In this document: piece by piece, positions 30,985 through 40,871 of the stretch | Numbering within the stretch: the stretch's first letter is position 1 | Layout: the number at the start of each line of letters is the position of its first letter | NCBI GenBank assembly: GCA_965223705.1 | Contig: OZ245015.1 | Span: forward strand, 4,320,001-4,384,000 | DNA length: 64,000 nt | Direction of reading: 5' to 3' | Origin: Myxococcota bacterium | GTDB taxonomy: Bacteria > Myxococcota_A > UBA9160 > UBA6930 | The notes under the pieces: model-generated | What the model was told of the DNA's origin: nothing | Databases searched by the model: none | What the model saw: only the letters and a program-made list of their open reading frames with translations | Program-made: the position numbers and the translations under genes

Positions 30985-33057
30985 GTGTCTTCCTCGAATC
31001 AGCCGCCGCTGGTGCTCGTGGCCCTCGCCCAGGGTCCGCGTGAAGTCGCTTGCCAGGAACTGATCCGGCGCGGCTGCTACGCGGAGCCCGTCCTCACCGA
31101 GCACCTCCCGGAACTCACCCGCGAGCTGGGAAGTTGTTGTGTTCTCATCGATTTCGATACTGCGATTGATTCACTGCCCCACCGACTTTTAAACCGCGCG
31201 AACGACCCGGTACCGATGTTGATCTTCGCGCGCGATGTCGGAGTCGCCGCTCCGCTTGCCCAGGCCGACCCGCAGTACGTCGACGTCATCGCGAGACCTT
31301 GCGATTGGGATGACGTCGCGCTGCGGGTTGCGCGACTTCTCGAGACCTGCGCCGGCTGGAACGCGTTGCAGCGCTCTCAGCGCGTCGCCCGCATGGGAAG
31401 TTGGAAGTGGGACTACGAATCGGATGAGATGCAGTGGTCGGACGAGACGTTCCGCGTGCTCGGTCTAGAACCCGGAAGCTTCATCCCGAGCGGACAAACG
31501 CTTCTCTCCCGTGTGCACGCGGACGATCGCACGACGGTCCAGGACAAAATGCGTTGGTCGGCAAAGACCGGAAAAGGGTTCTCCCTCGAGCATCGGGTGT
31601 CACGACCCGACGGGGAGACCGTTCGGGTGCGACACGAGGGCGAAGTCTCGGACGTCGACGGGGTGCTGATCGGAACGATCCAAGACGTCACGAGTCAGGT
31701 CGAGTCCATTCAGTCTATCCAGCAGCTCGCCAACCTGGACAGCCTCACCGGCTTGGCGAATCGCCGCTACTTCCTCGAACGGCTCGATCAGGCGATCTTG
31801 GAAGCGCAACGAACGGGGCAGCTCGGCGCGCTCCTTTACTTGGATCTCGATCAGTTCAAGCGCATCAACGACAGCCTCGGCCACCGCGCCGGCGATGTCC
31901 TGTTGCGGACCGTCGCGGAGCGGATCATCCGACAAGTCCGCGAGCACGACGACGTCGGTCGCCTGGGGCAACTCGAGAGCGGGCTGCATTCGATCTCCCG
32001 ATTGGGTGGCGACGAGTTCACCGTGTTTCTTCCGAACGTCACGCGCCGAGGCGACGTCGAACGCATTGCAAAGCGCCTGCTGCAATCGCTCGGGCGCCCC
32101 ATCGAAATCGATCACCGCGAGGTCCTCGTCACCGTGAGCATCGGAATCGCGATGTTCCCATCGCACGCCGAAGACGCGGAGACCCTCCTGCAACACGCCG
32201 ATAGCGCGATGTACTTCGCGAAGGACCGCGGGCGCAACAACTACCAGTTCTACGACGACTCCATGGGAACCGAAGCGCTTCGGGGCCTGCTCCTCGAGTC
32301 GAATTTGCGGCGCGCCCTTCCGGAAGGCGCGCTCTCGGTGGCGTATCAGCCCCGGATCCGCGTGAGCGACGGAACCGTGTGCGGAGCCGAAGCGCTCATG
32401 CGGTGGAACGACAGCGAGCTCGGGAAAATCGCCGCGAGCGAGTTTATTCCCGTCGCCGAAGAGTCCGGGCTGATCGTGCCGCTCGGCAGTTGGATCTTCG
32501 AAACGGTCTGCGAGGAGAAGAGTCGGCTCAATGCCGACGGTGCACCGCCGATCCCGCTATCGGTGAACGTCTCTCCTGCCCAGTTCGTGCGAGACGACGT
32601 CGAGTCGATGGTCACCCACGGTCTCCGGCATCACAACATCGAGCCCTCCCAGATCGAAATCGAGATCACCGAGAGCCTCCTCATGCAGCAGGATCAGAGC
32701 GTCGCGAACGCACTTCACACCCTGCGATCGATCGGAGTCCGGATCGCGCTCGACGATTTCGGCACGGGCTACTCCTCGCTTTCCTACCTGACGCAGTTTC
32801 CGATCGACACGCTCAAGATCGACCGTTGCCTCGTCCGCGATGTCCACAGCGACCCCAATTCTCGCGGCATCCTTCGAGCGCTCATCGAGATGGGACACAG
32901 CCTCGGTATGGTGGTCGTAGCCGAAGGCGTCGACTGTATGGAGCAGTACGAGATCTTGAAGAAACTCGGGTGCGATGAGGCCCAGGGGTTTCTGTTTAGC
33001 CAAGCCGTTCCGATCAACGACTTCAGACACCTGCTGCACCACCGCTTCGACGACTAG
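30985..33057 (+). CDS. PAS-GGDEF-EAL c-di-GMP turnover protein with degenerate receiver-like N-terminus
   Basis: PAS (GSWKWD..WSDE..RVHADD), DSLTGLANR, RLGGDEF, EALMRW, DDFGTGYSSL; start 30985 (GTG) or 30931 (TTG) uncertain. Confidence 0.92.
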   Translation: MSSSNQPPLVLVALAQGPREVACQELIRRGCYAEPVLTEHLPELTRELGSCCVLIDFDTAIDSLPHRLLNRANDPVPMLIFARDVGVAAPLAQADPQYVDVIARPCDWDDVALRVARLLETCAGWNALQRSQRVARMGSWKWDYESDEMQWSDETFRVLGLEPGSFIPSGQTLLSRVHADDRTTVQDKMRWSAKTGKGFSLEHRVSRPDGETVRVRHEGEVSDVDGVLIGTIQDVTSQVESIQSIQQLANLDSLTGLANRRYFLERLDQAILEAQRTGQLGALLYLDLDQFKRINDSLGHRAGDVLLRTVAERIIRQVREHDDVGRLGQLESGLHSISRLGGDEFTVFLPNVTRRGDVERIAKRLLQSLGRPIEIDHREVLVTVSIGIAMFPSHAEDAETLLQHADSAMYFAKDRGRNNYQFYDDSMGTEALRGLLLESNLRRALPEGALSVAYQPRIRVSDGTVCGAEALMRWNDSELGKIAASEFIPVAEESGLIVPLGSWIFETVCEEKSRLNADGAPPIPLSVNVSPAQFVRDDVESMVTHGLRHHNIEPSQIEIEITESLLMQQDQSVANALHTLRSIGVRIALDDFGTGYSSLSYLTQFPIDTLKIDRCLVRDVHSDPNSRGILRALIEMGHSLGMVVVAEGVDCMEQYEILKKLGCDEAQGFLFSQAVPINDFRHLLHHRFDD

Positions 33058-33887
33058 CTGCTGACGATCGGAGACAATCGATCGAGCTGTTGCGTATCCG
33101 CATCGATGCGGAATTGCCAATCGCTGGCGCCGTCGATCGGCGTATCGGTGCGACAGCGCACGACCGCGGCGATGCGTTTGACGGAAAACGGCGGGACGTA
33201 ACCGAGACGCAGTTCGATGAACCGGAAGCCGTCGGGCGGCGCGAGCGTGGCGCACTTGGTGCCGTCCCGGGAATACACCTCGAGCCTCGCCTCGCAGGTT
33301 TCCTCGGTCAGCAACACCGCCAACGTTCCGGTAGATGGGCAAACCTGGGTTTGCTCGACGGGCCCGCCGCACAAGACGGGACGCCCACCCCAATGAACCA
33401 GGGGTTTGTCCGGCTCAAAGGACACCGCCTCCCGAGCCATGGCGACCCGGGGTGCACCATTCTCTTCGTCGGCAAAATCCGCGAGGATCTCCTGCACCCG
33501 CGACTCGACGAAATGGACGAGTTCGCGAGCGTCGGGGGGCGGTTCGACCCGCTCGTCCGTGGGTTCAGCGAATTCTGCCGGACGATCCGAGCGGGCGAAG
33601 AAGAGCAGACCGAGACCCAGCACGCCTCCGGTGAGGAGTGCGAGCGGCAGGGTTTTCTCTGCGACGGCGGGGGCGAAACGCGCCAGCATGCCCGCGGAGG
33701 CCCAAACGGCGCACAGAGCGAAGGCCACGATGGCGACCAGGGTCGTCCAGGGAACTGCGCCGGTCTCGCTGGCCTCTTGCCGCCGATCGACGTCCCCGAG
33801 GGCCCGGTCGCCAGGCGTCGTTTGAGCGTAGGTCGACGGGGCTCGATGGGACGCGAGTGGTCGTTGGCAGTGGGTGCAGCGGTCCAC
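33054..33887 (-). CDS. Hypothetical two-TM membrane protein
   Basis: 277-aa ORF filling the gap between annotated genes; N-terminal CTHC, two hydrophobic helices, soluble C-terminal domain. Confidence 0.6.
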   Translation of the reverse strand: MDRCTHCQRPLASHRAPSTYAQTTPGDRALGDVDRRQEASETGAVPWTTLVAIVAFALCAVWASAGMLARFAPAVAEKTLPLALLTGGVLGLGLLFFARSDRPAEFAEPTDERVEPPPDARELVHFVESRVQEILADFADEENGAPRVAMAREAVSFEPDKPLVHWGGRPVLCGGPVEQTQVCPSTGTLAVLLTEETCEARLEVYSRDGTKCATLAPPDGFRFIELRLGYVPPFSVKRIAAVVRCRTDTPIDGASDWQFRIDADTQQLDRLSPIVSS

Positions 33888-33979
33888 GTCTCTGGATTCC
33901 TTCGCGGATCACATCGGCGGGCCAGAAGATCGACGTTAGGCGTGTCGTGAGCGTTAGACTGAGGGGCAGCGGAGGACCC

Positions 33980-35209
33980 ATGACGAACCAGAGCCAGCCG
34001 AAGCGAATCCTCGAAGGTGTTCGCGTACTAGACATGACCCAGTATCTCGCGGGAGCCGGCGTCACCCGGATGATGGCGGAGCTGGGCGCGGACATCACGA
34101 AAGTCGAGATTGCGCCGGTCGGCGATCCGGGGCGGCTCCTGCCCGTCGTCAAGACCGAGCGCAGCGGCTTTTTCGTCCAACACAATCGCGGCAAGAACAG
34201 CTTGTGTCTCGACTGGAGCAAGCCCGAGGCCCTCGAAATCATTCGAGAGTTGGCGGCGGAGTCGGATATTTTCTGCGAGAACTTCGGGCGCGGCGACATC
34301 CTCGAACGGAGAGGCCTCGACTACGCGTCGCTCAAGGCGATCAAGCCCGATCTCATCTACCTCTCGGTTTCCGTCTTCGGCCGTAAGAGCCCCTGGTCGC
34401 AGAAACCCGGTTACGACTACGTCGCCCAAGCGGCGTCGGGGATCATGCACATGGCGGGCGAGCCCGACCGCCCGCCCGCCATGGTCTGGAGCGCGTTGGG
34501 TGACACCAACGCCGCCGTACACGGCTTCGGTTCCTTGGGCTACGCGTTGTTCCATCGCGAACGAACCGGCGAAGGACAGTACATCGATCTCGCGATGACG
34601 GATTGCCTGTTCCACTTCCACGAGGGCGCGCTCGAAGCACACCATCTGACGGACGGCCAGTTCGTCCCGAAACGATTCGGCGCGCACCACCAATTGGTGT
34701 TCCCGGCGGGCACGTTCAAGAGCCCCGACGGCTACATCGTGCTCCTCGCGCTCGACCTCCAATGGGAGAACGTGTGCAACTGCCTAGGGCGCCCGGACCT
34801 CATGACCGATCCGCGGAGCAAGACCATGGAAGCGCGCGCCGAGCACCGCTTTGAGTTGGTCGAGATCATCGAGTCGTGGATGGCGACTTTCGACAACGAC
34901 GAGGCGATCCTCGAGGAGCTCGAAAAGCATCGCGTTCCGGCGGCGCCGGTGCTTGCGCCGACCGACGCGTTGGACCATCCGCATTTCAAGGCTCGCGATA
35001 TGGTGCGCTGGGTGAAGGACCCGATCCTCGGTGAGATCCCGATCCCGGGGTTCCCGTGGAAGTTCAGTTCGCAGCCGACGCTACCGGACATCACGGCGCC
35101 CCTCCTCGGAGAACACAACGGGCAGGTCCTCCGTGACCGGCTGGGCTACGACGAGGCGAAGATCGCCTCTCTCGCCGACTCGGGCGTCCTGCACAGCAAA
35201 GACGCGTGA
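33980..35209 (+). CDS. Family III (CaiB/BaiF) CoA-transferase
   Basis: GGAGG RBS; LEGVRVLDMTQYLAG, HNRGKNS, APLLGEHN. Confidence 0.92.
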   Translation: MTNQSQPKRILEGVRVLDMTQYLAGAGVTRMMAELGADITKVEIAPVGDPGRLLPVVKTERSGFFVQHNRGKNSLCLDWSKPEALEIIRELAAESDIFCENFGRGDILERRGLDYASLKAIKPDLIYLSVSVFGRKSPWSQKPGYDYVAQAASGIMHMAGEPDRPPAMVWSALGDTNAAVHGFGSLGYALFHRERTGEGQYIDLAMTDCLFHFHEGALEAHHLTDGQFVPKRFGAHHQLVFPAGTFKSPDGYIVLLALDLQWENVCNCLGRPDLMTDPRSKTMEARAEHRFELVEIIESWMATFDNDEAILEELEKHRVPAAPVLAPTDALDHPHFKARDMVRWVKDPILGEIPIPGFPWKFSSQPTLPDITAPLLGEHNGQVLRDRLGYDEAKIASLADSGVLHSKDA

Positions 35210-35239
35210 TTCGAGAGCACGCGACGTAACCGGCGGGCG

Positions 35240-35788
35240 ATGGAGCGAGCGGCGCCCGGCGGACTTCTCTTCCTCATCGTGTTCGGCGCCGCGGTTCAAG
35301 CCGACGGCAGCCCGAGTGGCGTCTTGCGCCGACGGGTCGCTGGAGCGGCGCGCGCGGGGGCAGTGAACCCCGACGCGCGCTTCATCGTCACCGGCGGCGT
35401 CGGTCGGCACGAGCCCGCGGAAGCCCTTGTCATGGCCGAGCTGCTCCGCACGAACGGCGTGCCCGACAACTGCATCCTGGTCGAACCCGAGAGCCGCGAC
35501 ACACTGGAATCCGCGATCCGCTGCGCCGACCTCGTCGCGCGACACTGGATCCCGGGGAGTCGGGTGCTGTCGTGTTCGAGCCCGTACCACAACGTTCGCT
35601 GCGCCGTGCTCTTGCGCGCACTCGGGATTCCGGCCGAGCGTGCGCCCATGCCGAGCGATCGGCCCCACGTGAGCGCCAGGAAACTCGCCTATCAGCTGTT
35701 ACGAGAATGCGCGGCGTTGCCCTGGGACGCAGCCCTCGTGTTCGGCATGCGGCTCGCCGGTCGCGCCCGGCGACACGATCTCCACTAG
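35240..35788 (+). CDS. YdcF/DUF218 family protein
   Basis: IVFGAAV...LRRRV, VTGGVG..EA..M, EPESRDTLES, SPYH. Confidence 0.8.
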   Translation: MERAAPGGLLFLIVFGAAVQADGSPSGVLRRRVAGAARAGAVNPDARFIVTGGVGRHEPAEALVMAELLRTNGVPDNCILVEPESRDTLESAIRCADLVARHWIPGSRVLSCSSPYHNVRCAVLLRALGIPAERAPMPSDRPHVSARKLAYQLLRECAALPWDAALVFGMRLAGRARRHDLH

Positions 35789-36876
35789 TCGAACGTGAGC
35801 ACCGTCCGAGTCACCTCGCCCGCCTCCATCGCTCGGAACGCTTCGCCTACGCGATCGAGGGGCTCGTGCCGCGTCACCATCGAATCGAGATCGAGACGAC
35901 CCTGGCGGTACAATTCGAGGTAGCGCGGCGCATCCATCGTGAACCGATTCGATCCCATCATGCACCCGATGATGCGCTTCTCGAGAAAGAAGTGCCCCGC
36001 GTTGACCGACACGTGCTCCCCCACCGGAATGGCACCGACGAGAATCGCCGTGCCGTGGGGAGCCAAGCAATAAAATGCCTGCTCGAGCAGCTTCGGCACG
36101 CCGACGGCTTCAAAGGCAAACTCGGCACCGCCACCCGTCATCTTCTTGATGAGCTTCACCGGATCGCCGGAAGACGGGTTGATCGTATCCGTCGCCCCGA
36201 ACTTCTTCGCGCTCTCGAGTTTCTCGTCGAGAAGATCGACCGCGATGATCTGCCTCGCACCGGCGATCTTGGCGCCCTGGATGACGGAGATCCCGACGCC
36301 GCCCGCACCGAATACGACGACCGAAGAGCCGGGGGTCACCTTCGCAGTATTGAGCGCCGCACCCACACCGGTGGTGACGGCACAACCGACGAGCGCCGCC
36401 CGATCGAGCGGAATGTCTTTGTCGATCTTCACCACCGCGCGGTTGTGCAACAACATCGCTTCGGAGAACGCCGCGAGATCCGCGAACTGGTGAATCGTCT
36501 CGTCACCCTGGCGGATGCGGGGCGTGTCGCCCTCTCCGCGTTGGCAAGCGCCGCGATCGATGCACAAGTGGGGACGCCCCTGGACGCACTGCGTGCAGCC
36601 GCCGCAGAAGAGCGAGGTGCACGCGATCACGTGGTCGCCAGGGGCGACGTTGCGCACGCGCTCGCCGACCGCCTGCACGACGCCCGCGGGCTCGTGGCCG
36701 AAGATCGCGGGACGCGGGGACGGGATCGCTCCGTGTAAGGCGTGAAGATCGCTATGACACACGCCGCAGGCGGCGGTCTTGACCAACACCTCGTCGGGAC
36801 CGGGCTCCGCGAGCTCGACGTCTTCGATGGTTAGGGGTTGGTGTTTTTCGCGATAGACCGCGGCCTTGACCTGCAT
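35785..36876 (-). CDS. Zn-dependent alcohol dehydrogenase (MDR family)
   Basis: GVCHSD, GHE, CGGCTQC...C, GAGGVG. Confidence 0.93.
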   Translation of the reverse strand: MQVKAAVYREKHQPLTIEDVELAEPGPDEVLVKTAACGVCHSDLHALHGAIPSPRPAIFGHEPAGVVQAVGERVRNVAPGDHVIACTSLFCGGCTQCVQGRPHLCIDRGACQRGEGDTPRIRQGDETIHQFADLAAFSEAMLLHNRAVVKIDKDIPLDRAALVGCAVTTGVGAALNTAKVTPGSSVVVFGAGGVGISVIQGAKIAGARQIIAVDLLDEKLESAKKFGATDTINPSSGDPVKLIKKMTGGGAEFAFEAVGVPKLLEQAFYCLAPHGTAILVGAIPVGEHVSVNAGHFFLEKRIIGCMMGSNRFTMDAPRYLELYRQGRLDLDSMVTRHEPLDRVGEAFRAMEAGEVTRTVLTFD

Positions 36877-36983
36877 GGTGCCTCCAACCGCCGACGGGGC
36901 GGCCTTCGTATTCTACGCCGCCGGAAGCCGCGACGGCTAGAGGCACCCGAAAAAGATGGGGGGCCGAGGAGCCTTGATCGGCG

Positions 36984-37241
36984 TCAGTTGCCCGCTTTGA
37001 TCGCGTTGCCCTGCTTGTCTTTGAAGTTGCCGATCGCGATCATGATGAAATCCACCATCGCCCAGATACCGAGACCGCCGAAGGTCAAGAGCTGAAGCAG
37101 CCCCGTCCCGATCTTTCCGACGTAGAATCGGTGAATGCCGAAAGCGCCCAAGAAAAAGCACAGCAGCAGCGCGGGAACGAAACCCTTCTCGCTGACTCCC
37201 ATCTCCATTGTCGAATCAGCCGTCGTCACACTTGCACTCAT
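36984..37241 (-). CDS. TM2 domain protein
   Basis: ALLLCFFLGAFGIHRFYVGKIGTG...GGLGIWAMVD. Confidence 0.9.
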   Translation of the reverse strand: MSASVTTADSTMEMGVSEKGFVPALLLCFFLGAFGIHRFYVGKIGTGLLQLLTFGGLGIWAMVDFIMIAIGNFKDKQGNAIKAGN

Positions 37242-37585
37242 GCGTTTTCACTCCTCATCGTGGGGGAAGGGGCGGCGCGCAAACGCTGTCCCGGGTAAGC
37301 GACCAGGCGCCCCTGGCCATCTCGAAAGCTTCCGGTCAGCAGCTCGTAGGTCACCCACAGCGCGTGGATGCCGTCGATCGCGAGAAACGTCGCTCCGAGG
37401 ATCGTCTCCCCGACGGCGAAGCACCCGATCCAACCGATCGTGAGACCGAGATCGAGCAACCCCAGTCCGTAACGCCCCAGGTAGAAATGCTGGGCGCCGC
37501 AGAAACCGAACAGCGCGGAAATGATCACCGCAGTTCCGTAGTTCTTCGGCGAAATTCTGGGATCTCGGTCGCGAACCGCTTCCAT
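37238..37585 (-). CDS. TM2/NINE domain protein
   Basis: SPKNYGTAVIISALFGFCGAQHFYLGR; FRDGQG tail; 4-nt overlap with next gene. Confidence 0.85.
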   Translation of the reverse strand: MEAVRDRDPRISPKNYGTAVIISALFGFCGAQHFYLGRYGLGLLDLGLTIGWIGCFAVGETILGATFLAIDGIHALWVTYELLTGSFRDGQGRLVAYPGQRLRAAPSPTMRSENA

Positions 37586-37753
37586 AGTGAATGGCTTATC
37601 GACCCGTGCGTCGCCGCGGCTGAACTCGAAATGAAATGCTGATTTGCAACCTGCCTACGGTGTGCGGGTCACCTTCCGGCCCGTGCCCACAAACTGCGCC
37701 CCGGGCTCACACGGCTGTGGATTCGTACCTGGCCGAAGGCCTAAGCTCCCAGG

Positions 37754-40342
37754 ATGCCCGGGCCCTCGCGAAAGCCCTCGCGAAAGTTATGGAAGGGCTT
37801 AGGCCTCCTCCTCGCGATTCTCGTTTTAGGGTTTCTCGCCGCGATTCCCCTGGTCGTCCGGCACTACGCTTCCGCCGAGTATGTCGAAGGCCGTCTCTCC
37901 GACCTGTTGGGTCGCCAGGTGACCGTTGCGCGTGTGGGCCTGAGCTTCCGACCGGACTTGCGGGTGCGTGCCCAAGGCATCGTGCTCGAGCCCGACTTAC
38001 ACGTGCGCGCCGTCGAACTCGCCCTGAAACCTGTTCCGCTCCTTTCCGGACGCTTGGAAGCGCGCCGCGTGATCTTCGAAGGCGTGCGCGCGGAGCTTCC
38101 CCTCGACGACGGAACGGACCGCCCCGAGGTGCAGCTTCGAGCCTGGCGGCTCACCCCGCTGTTCGAGTTGCCCGCTCTTTCGTTCGAGGACAGCGAGTTC
38201 ACGCTTGCGAGCACAGAACGCCCGAACGTCATGATTCATTTCGACGTTCTGTCCCTCGACCCCGTACGGCCGAATCTTCCCGCCGGCTTGAGCGCACGCG
38301 GTGAATTGCGAACCTCCGATTCCGCGAGCCCGTTTGAGGTCGAAGCACAGCTCGACTCGATCGGCGCGGAAGAGCCGCTGGGTTCGCAGCGCGGGGCTTT
38401 CTCCCTTGCGCTGCGAAACTTTCATGCGACGGAGCTGAAAGCACATTTTGCCGACGTTCTCGGTCGCGATTGGCGGGCGGATCCAATCGATCTCAGTGTC
38501 GAGGGCCGCTACGAAAACGGTTCGCTGCCCGATACGGAACTGTCGCTTCGACTCGCTAAAGGATCGATCCGCAGCGGTGCGGCGCGGATCGATGGGCCGG
38601 GTACTCTTCGCGCGACGGTCTCCTGGGACGGCGCCGAGGCGAAGTTTCGGGACGTCGTGCTGCAGACTGCCGGAGTGCGCTTCCGCGATCACCGCTTTCG
38701 ATCGGTGCGAACTCGAATCGATTGGGACGGCACTTGGCTCGACATCGGCAATTTTTCCGCCGACGCCTACGTCGGGAGCCTCGGCCTCACCGGCTCGGAC
38801 TACCGCATCGGACGCTGGGCGCGTCCCCTAAAGCTCGAGGTCAAGAACGTCGACGCGCTCGAGATGGACGGCCGCATCCGTTTTTCGCAGGCGACGGAAA
38901 AAGGCGGCATCCCGAGCGTCGAAGAAGCGGACGTGCGAGGGCTCACTCTTCGCGACGTTCGCGGAGAACTCGATGCCGGGAGCGGCGCGCTGCTGCCCGC
39001 GCGAGTCGATCGCGTTACCTGGGAATCGCCCGCAGAAGGCGAAAAACGCGTTCTACAGCTCGAGGGCTCCGTCGACGACGGCAACCTCCGTTTCGATGCT
39101 CGGGTCGAAGCGGCCGGCCCGGGCCAAGAGCCCGTCTACGACGTCGTCCTCGACGTCGACGCAATGGACCCGAGCCGCGTTCGCCTGGTCTGGGAGGACT
39201 TCGTCGACGCGGGAGTCGTCGAGACGCGTGTCGCCGGGAAGATCCACATCTTCGAATCACCCGCGGACGGCTTTGTATGCGACATCGACCTCCGACAACA
39301 CGACGGCATCACCGAGGTCTTTGGGATCCGGCTCGAGGAAGCGGCCCGTTTTTCCGGTCGTCTCGTGAAGCGACGAGACGGCCCCATGGAACTCACGGAC
39401 GCCAAAGCGCGCTCCGAGCGCGTTCACTTCGAAGGGTACGAAGGAGACGAGGCCAGTGCGGCCTTTCGATGGGACCCGTCGGGTTTGACCTTCGACCGGT
39501 TGACGTTCAAGGCCTACGGGGGCGCGTGGGATCTCGCCGGTACGACGACCCTCGACGCGTCGCCGCACATTCGAGCGACCGGCTTTTTTGAAGATGTTCG
39601 CATCGAAGCACTGCGGGCGTCCGACGGCGCGGGCGGCTCTGCGATGCGGTTGGGCGCGCGCGGCGACATCGAGTTGGTGTGGCACCCGAAACAGCGCACG
39701 TTCGAAACCCTCTCCGGTCGCGGAGACGTAACGGTTGCCGACGGCGCAACGCCGGGGCAGAAACTCCTGGCCGCGGTCGCCGGCGGTCTTTTGAAAGCGC
39801 TACCGGTCGTGGGCCGCGCGAGAACAATGGTGGACCCGGAAACAGAGAATCCCATCCATCACGGACGCGGTTCGTACGAGGTGCGGAACGGGCGCCTCCA
39901 GTTTGACGCCGTCGAGCTCGCCACCGGCGACTACGATCTCGTAGGCACGGGCTCCCTCGCACCGAGCGGCGATCTGGAATTCCGGGGCGATCTGACACTG
40001 ACGCGCGCCGGGGTCAGCAAGACCACACAACGGCTGACGGCGCCGGTCCCGTTCAAAGAGGCTTTTCGGTTGCCGGCCGTACCCGTCCAGCTCGAGGGAT
40101 CGCTCTACGATTGGGACTCGATTCGCGCGCGAGCGGATATGAAAGCGGTCCCGGTGGCGACCTTGCGCGGCATTGTCGGCCTACCGGCGCGCGCCGGTTC
40201 GATCGTCCGAGACGCGGGAAAAGCCGCGCGACGCATGGGAGAAGCTGCCGCAGGCGTCGTCACAGGGGGCGGAGCTGCCCCCGAGGGCAACCCCAAAACG
40301 GAAGAGCCCGCTTCGGGTGATCCCGAGGCAGACAAGCAGTAG
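37754..40342 (+). CDS. AsmA family protein
   Basis: N-terminal TM anchor, long beta-strand-rich body, AsmA-like C-terminus (GSYEVRNGRL...LVGTGSL...PVQLEGSL). Confidence 0.75.
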   Translation: MPGPSRKPSRKLWKGLGLLLAILVLGFLAAIPLVVRHYASAEYVEGRLSDLLGRQVTVARVGLSFRPDLRVRAQGIVLEPDLHVRAVELALKPVPLLSGRLEARRVIFEGVRAELPLDDGTDRPEVQLRAWRLTPLFELPALSFEDSEFTLASTERPNVMIHFDVLSLDPVRPNLPAGLSARGELRTSDSASPFEVEAQLDSIGAEEPLGSQRGAFSLALRNFHATELKAHFADVLGRDWRADPIDLSVEGRYENGSLPDTELSLRLAKGSIRSGAARIDGPGTLRATVSWDGAEAKFRDVVLQTAGVRFRDHRFRSVRTRIDWDGTWLDIGNFSADAYVGSLGLTGSDYRIGRWARPLKLEVKNVDALEMDGRIRFSQATEKGGIPSVEEADVRGLTLRDVRGELDAGSGALLPARVDRVTWESPAEGEKRVLQLEGSVDDGNLRFDARVEAAGPGQEPVYDVVLDVDAMDPSRVRLVWEDFVDAGVVETRVAGKIHIFESPADGFVCDIDLRQHDGITEVFGIRLEEAARFSGRLVKRRDGPMELTDAKARSERVHFEGYEGDEASAAFRWDPSGLTFDRLTFKAYGGAWDLAGTTTLDASPHIRATGFFEDVRIEALRASDGAGGSAMRLGARGDIELVWHPKQRTFETLSGRGDVTVADGATPGQKLLAAVAGGLLKALPVVGRARTMVDPETENPIHHGRGSYEVRNGRLQFDAVELATGDYDLVGTGSLAPSGDLEFRGDLTLTRAGVSKTTQRLTAPVPFKEAFRLPAVPVQLEGSLYDWDSIRARADMKAVPVATLRGIVGLPARAGSIVRDAGKAARRMGEAAAGVVTGGGAAPEGNPKTEEPASGDPEADKQ

Positions 40343-40406
40343 GATAATGGGCGGAGGCATGCGGAAGGGCGGGATCCCCACTCGCGCCGATTCGCGGAGA
40401 ACCCTC

Positions 40407-40814
40407 ATGAAAGCTGTTGCGAGCACCCTTGCTGTCCTTCTCCTCACGGCGATCGCCACCCCGACCTGGGCAGGCGGGTACCGACACCACTGGGGCCACC
40501 ACCATCATCATCGCCACCACTACCACGACTACGGCGCGGTCCTGGGCGCCGTCGGCGCGGGCATCCTCATCTACACGATGGGCCGGATTCACGGAAACCA
40601 CGCCCGCGATCGGAGTGAGGCGAGCGTCTCTCCCGTCGCTTACCCCGCGGACGGCCAGAGCCTGCACGAGCAAGATCGAGATCGTTACGAATGCCACCGA
40701 TGGGCCGTCGACGAGTCCGGGTTCGACCCGACGCGGAGCCGGCGCGGCGACGCCGACACGTACCACCGGGCAATGACGGCCTGCCTCGAAGCACGCGGCT
40801 ACGTCGTACGCTGA
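40407..40814 (+). CDS. Small exported His-rich protein with YPxxGQ / two-Cys domain
   Basis: GGAG RBS, signal peptide, HHWGHHHHHRHHYH, hydrophobic Gly segment, YPADGQS..QDRDRYECH..ACLEARGY. Confidence 0.7.
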   Translation: MKAVASTLAVLLLTAIATPTWAGGYRHHWGHHHHHRHHYHDYGAVLGAVGAGILIYTMGRIHGNHARDRSEASVSPVAYPADGQSLHEQDRDRYECHRWAVDESGFDPTRSRRGDADTYHRAMTACLEARGYVVR

Positions 40815-40871
40815 CGAAAAAAGGGCCGAGGTATAGTTCCTCCACCGTTCGGTGAAGGAGAAGCGGCCCTC

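Noticed and set aside
40811..40837. Sigma70 promoter CTGACG...TATAGT before acyl-CoA dehydrogenase
   Set aside because: Good -10 but only a 15-nt spacer; not supportable without TSS data.
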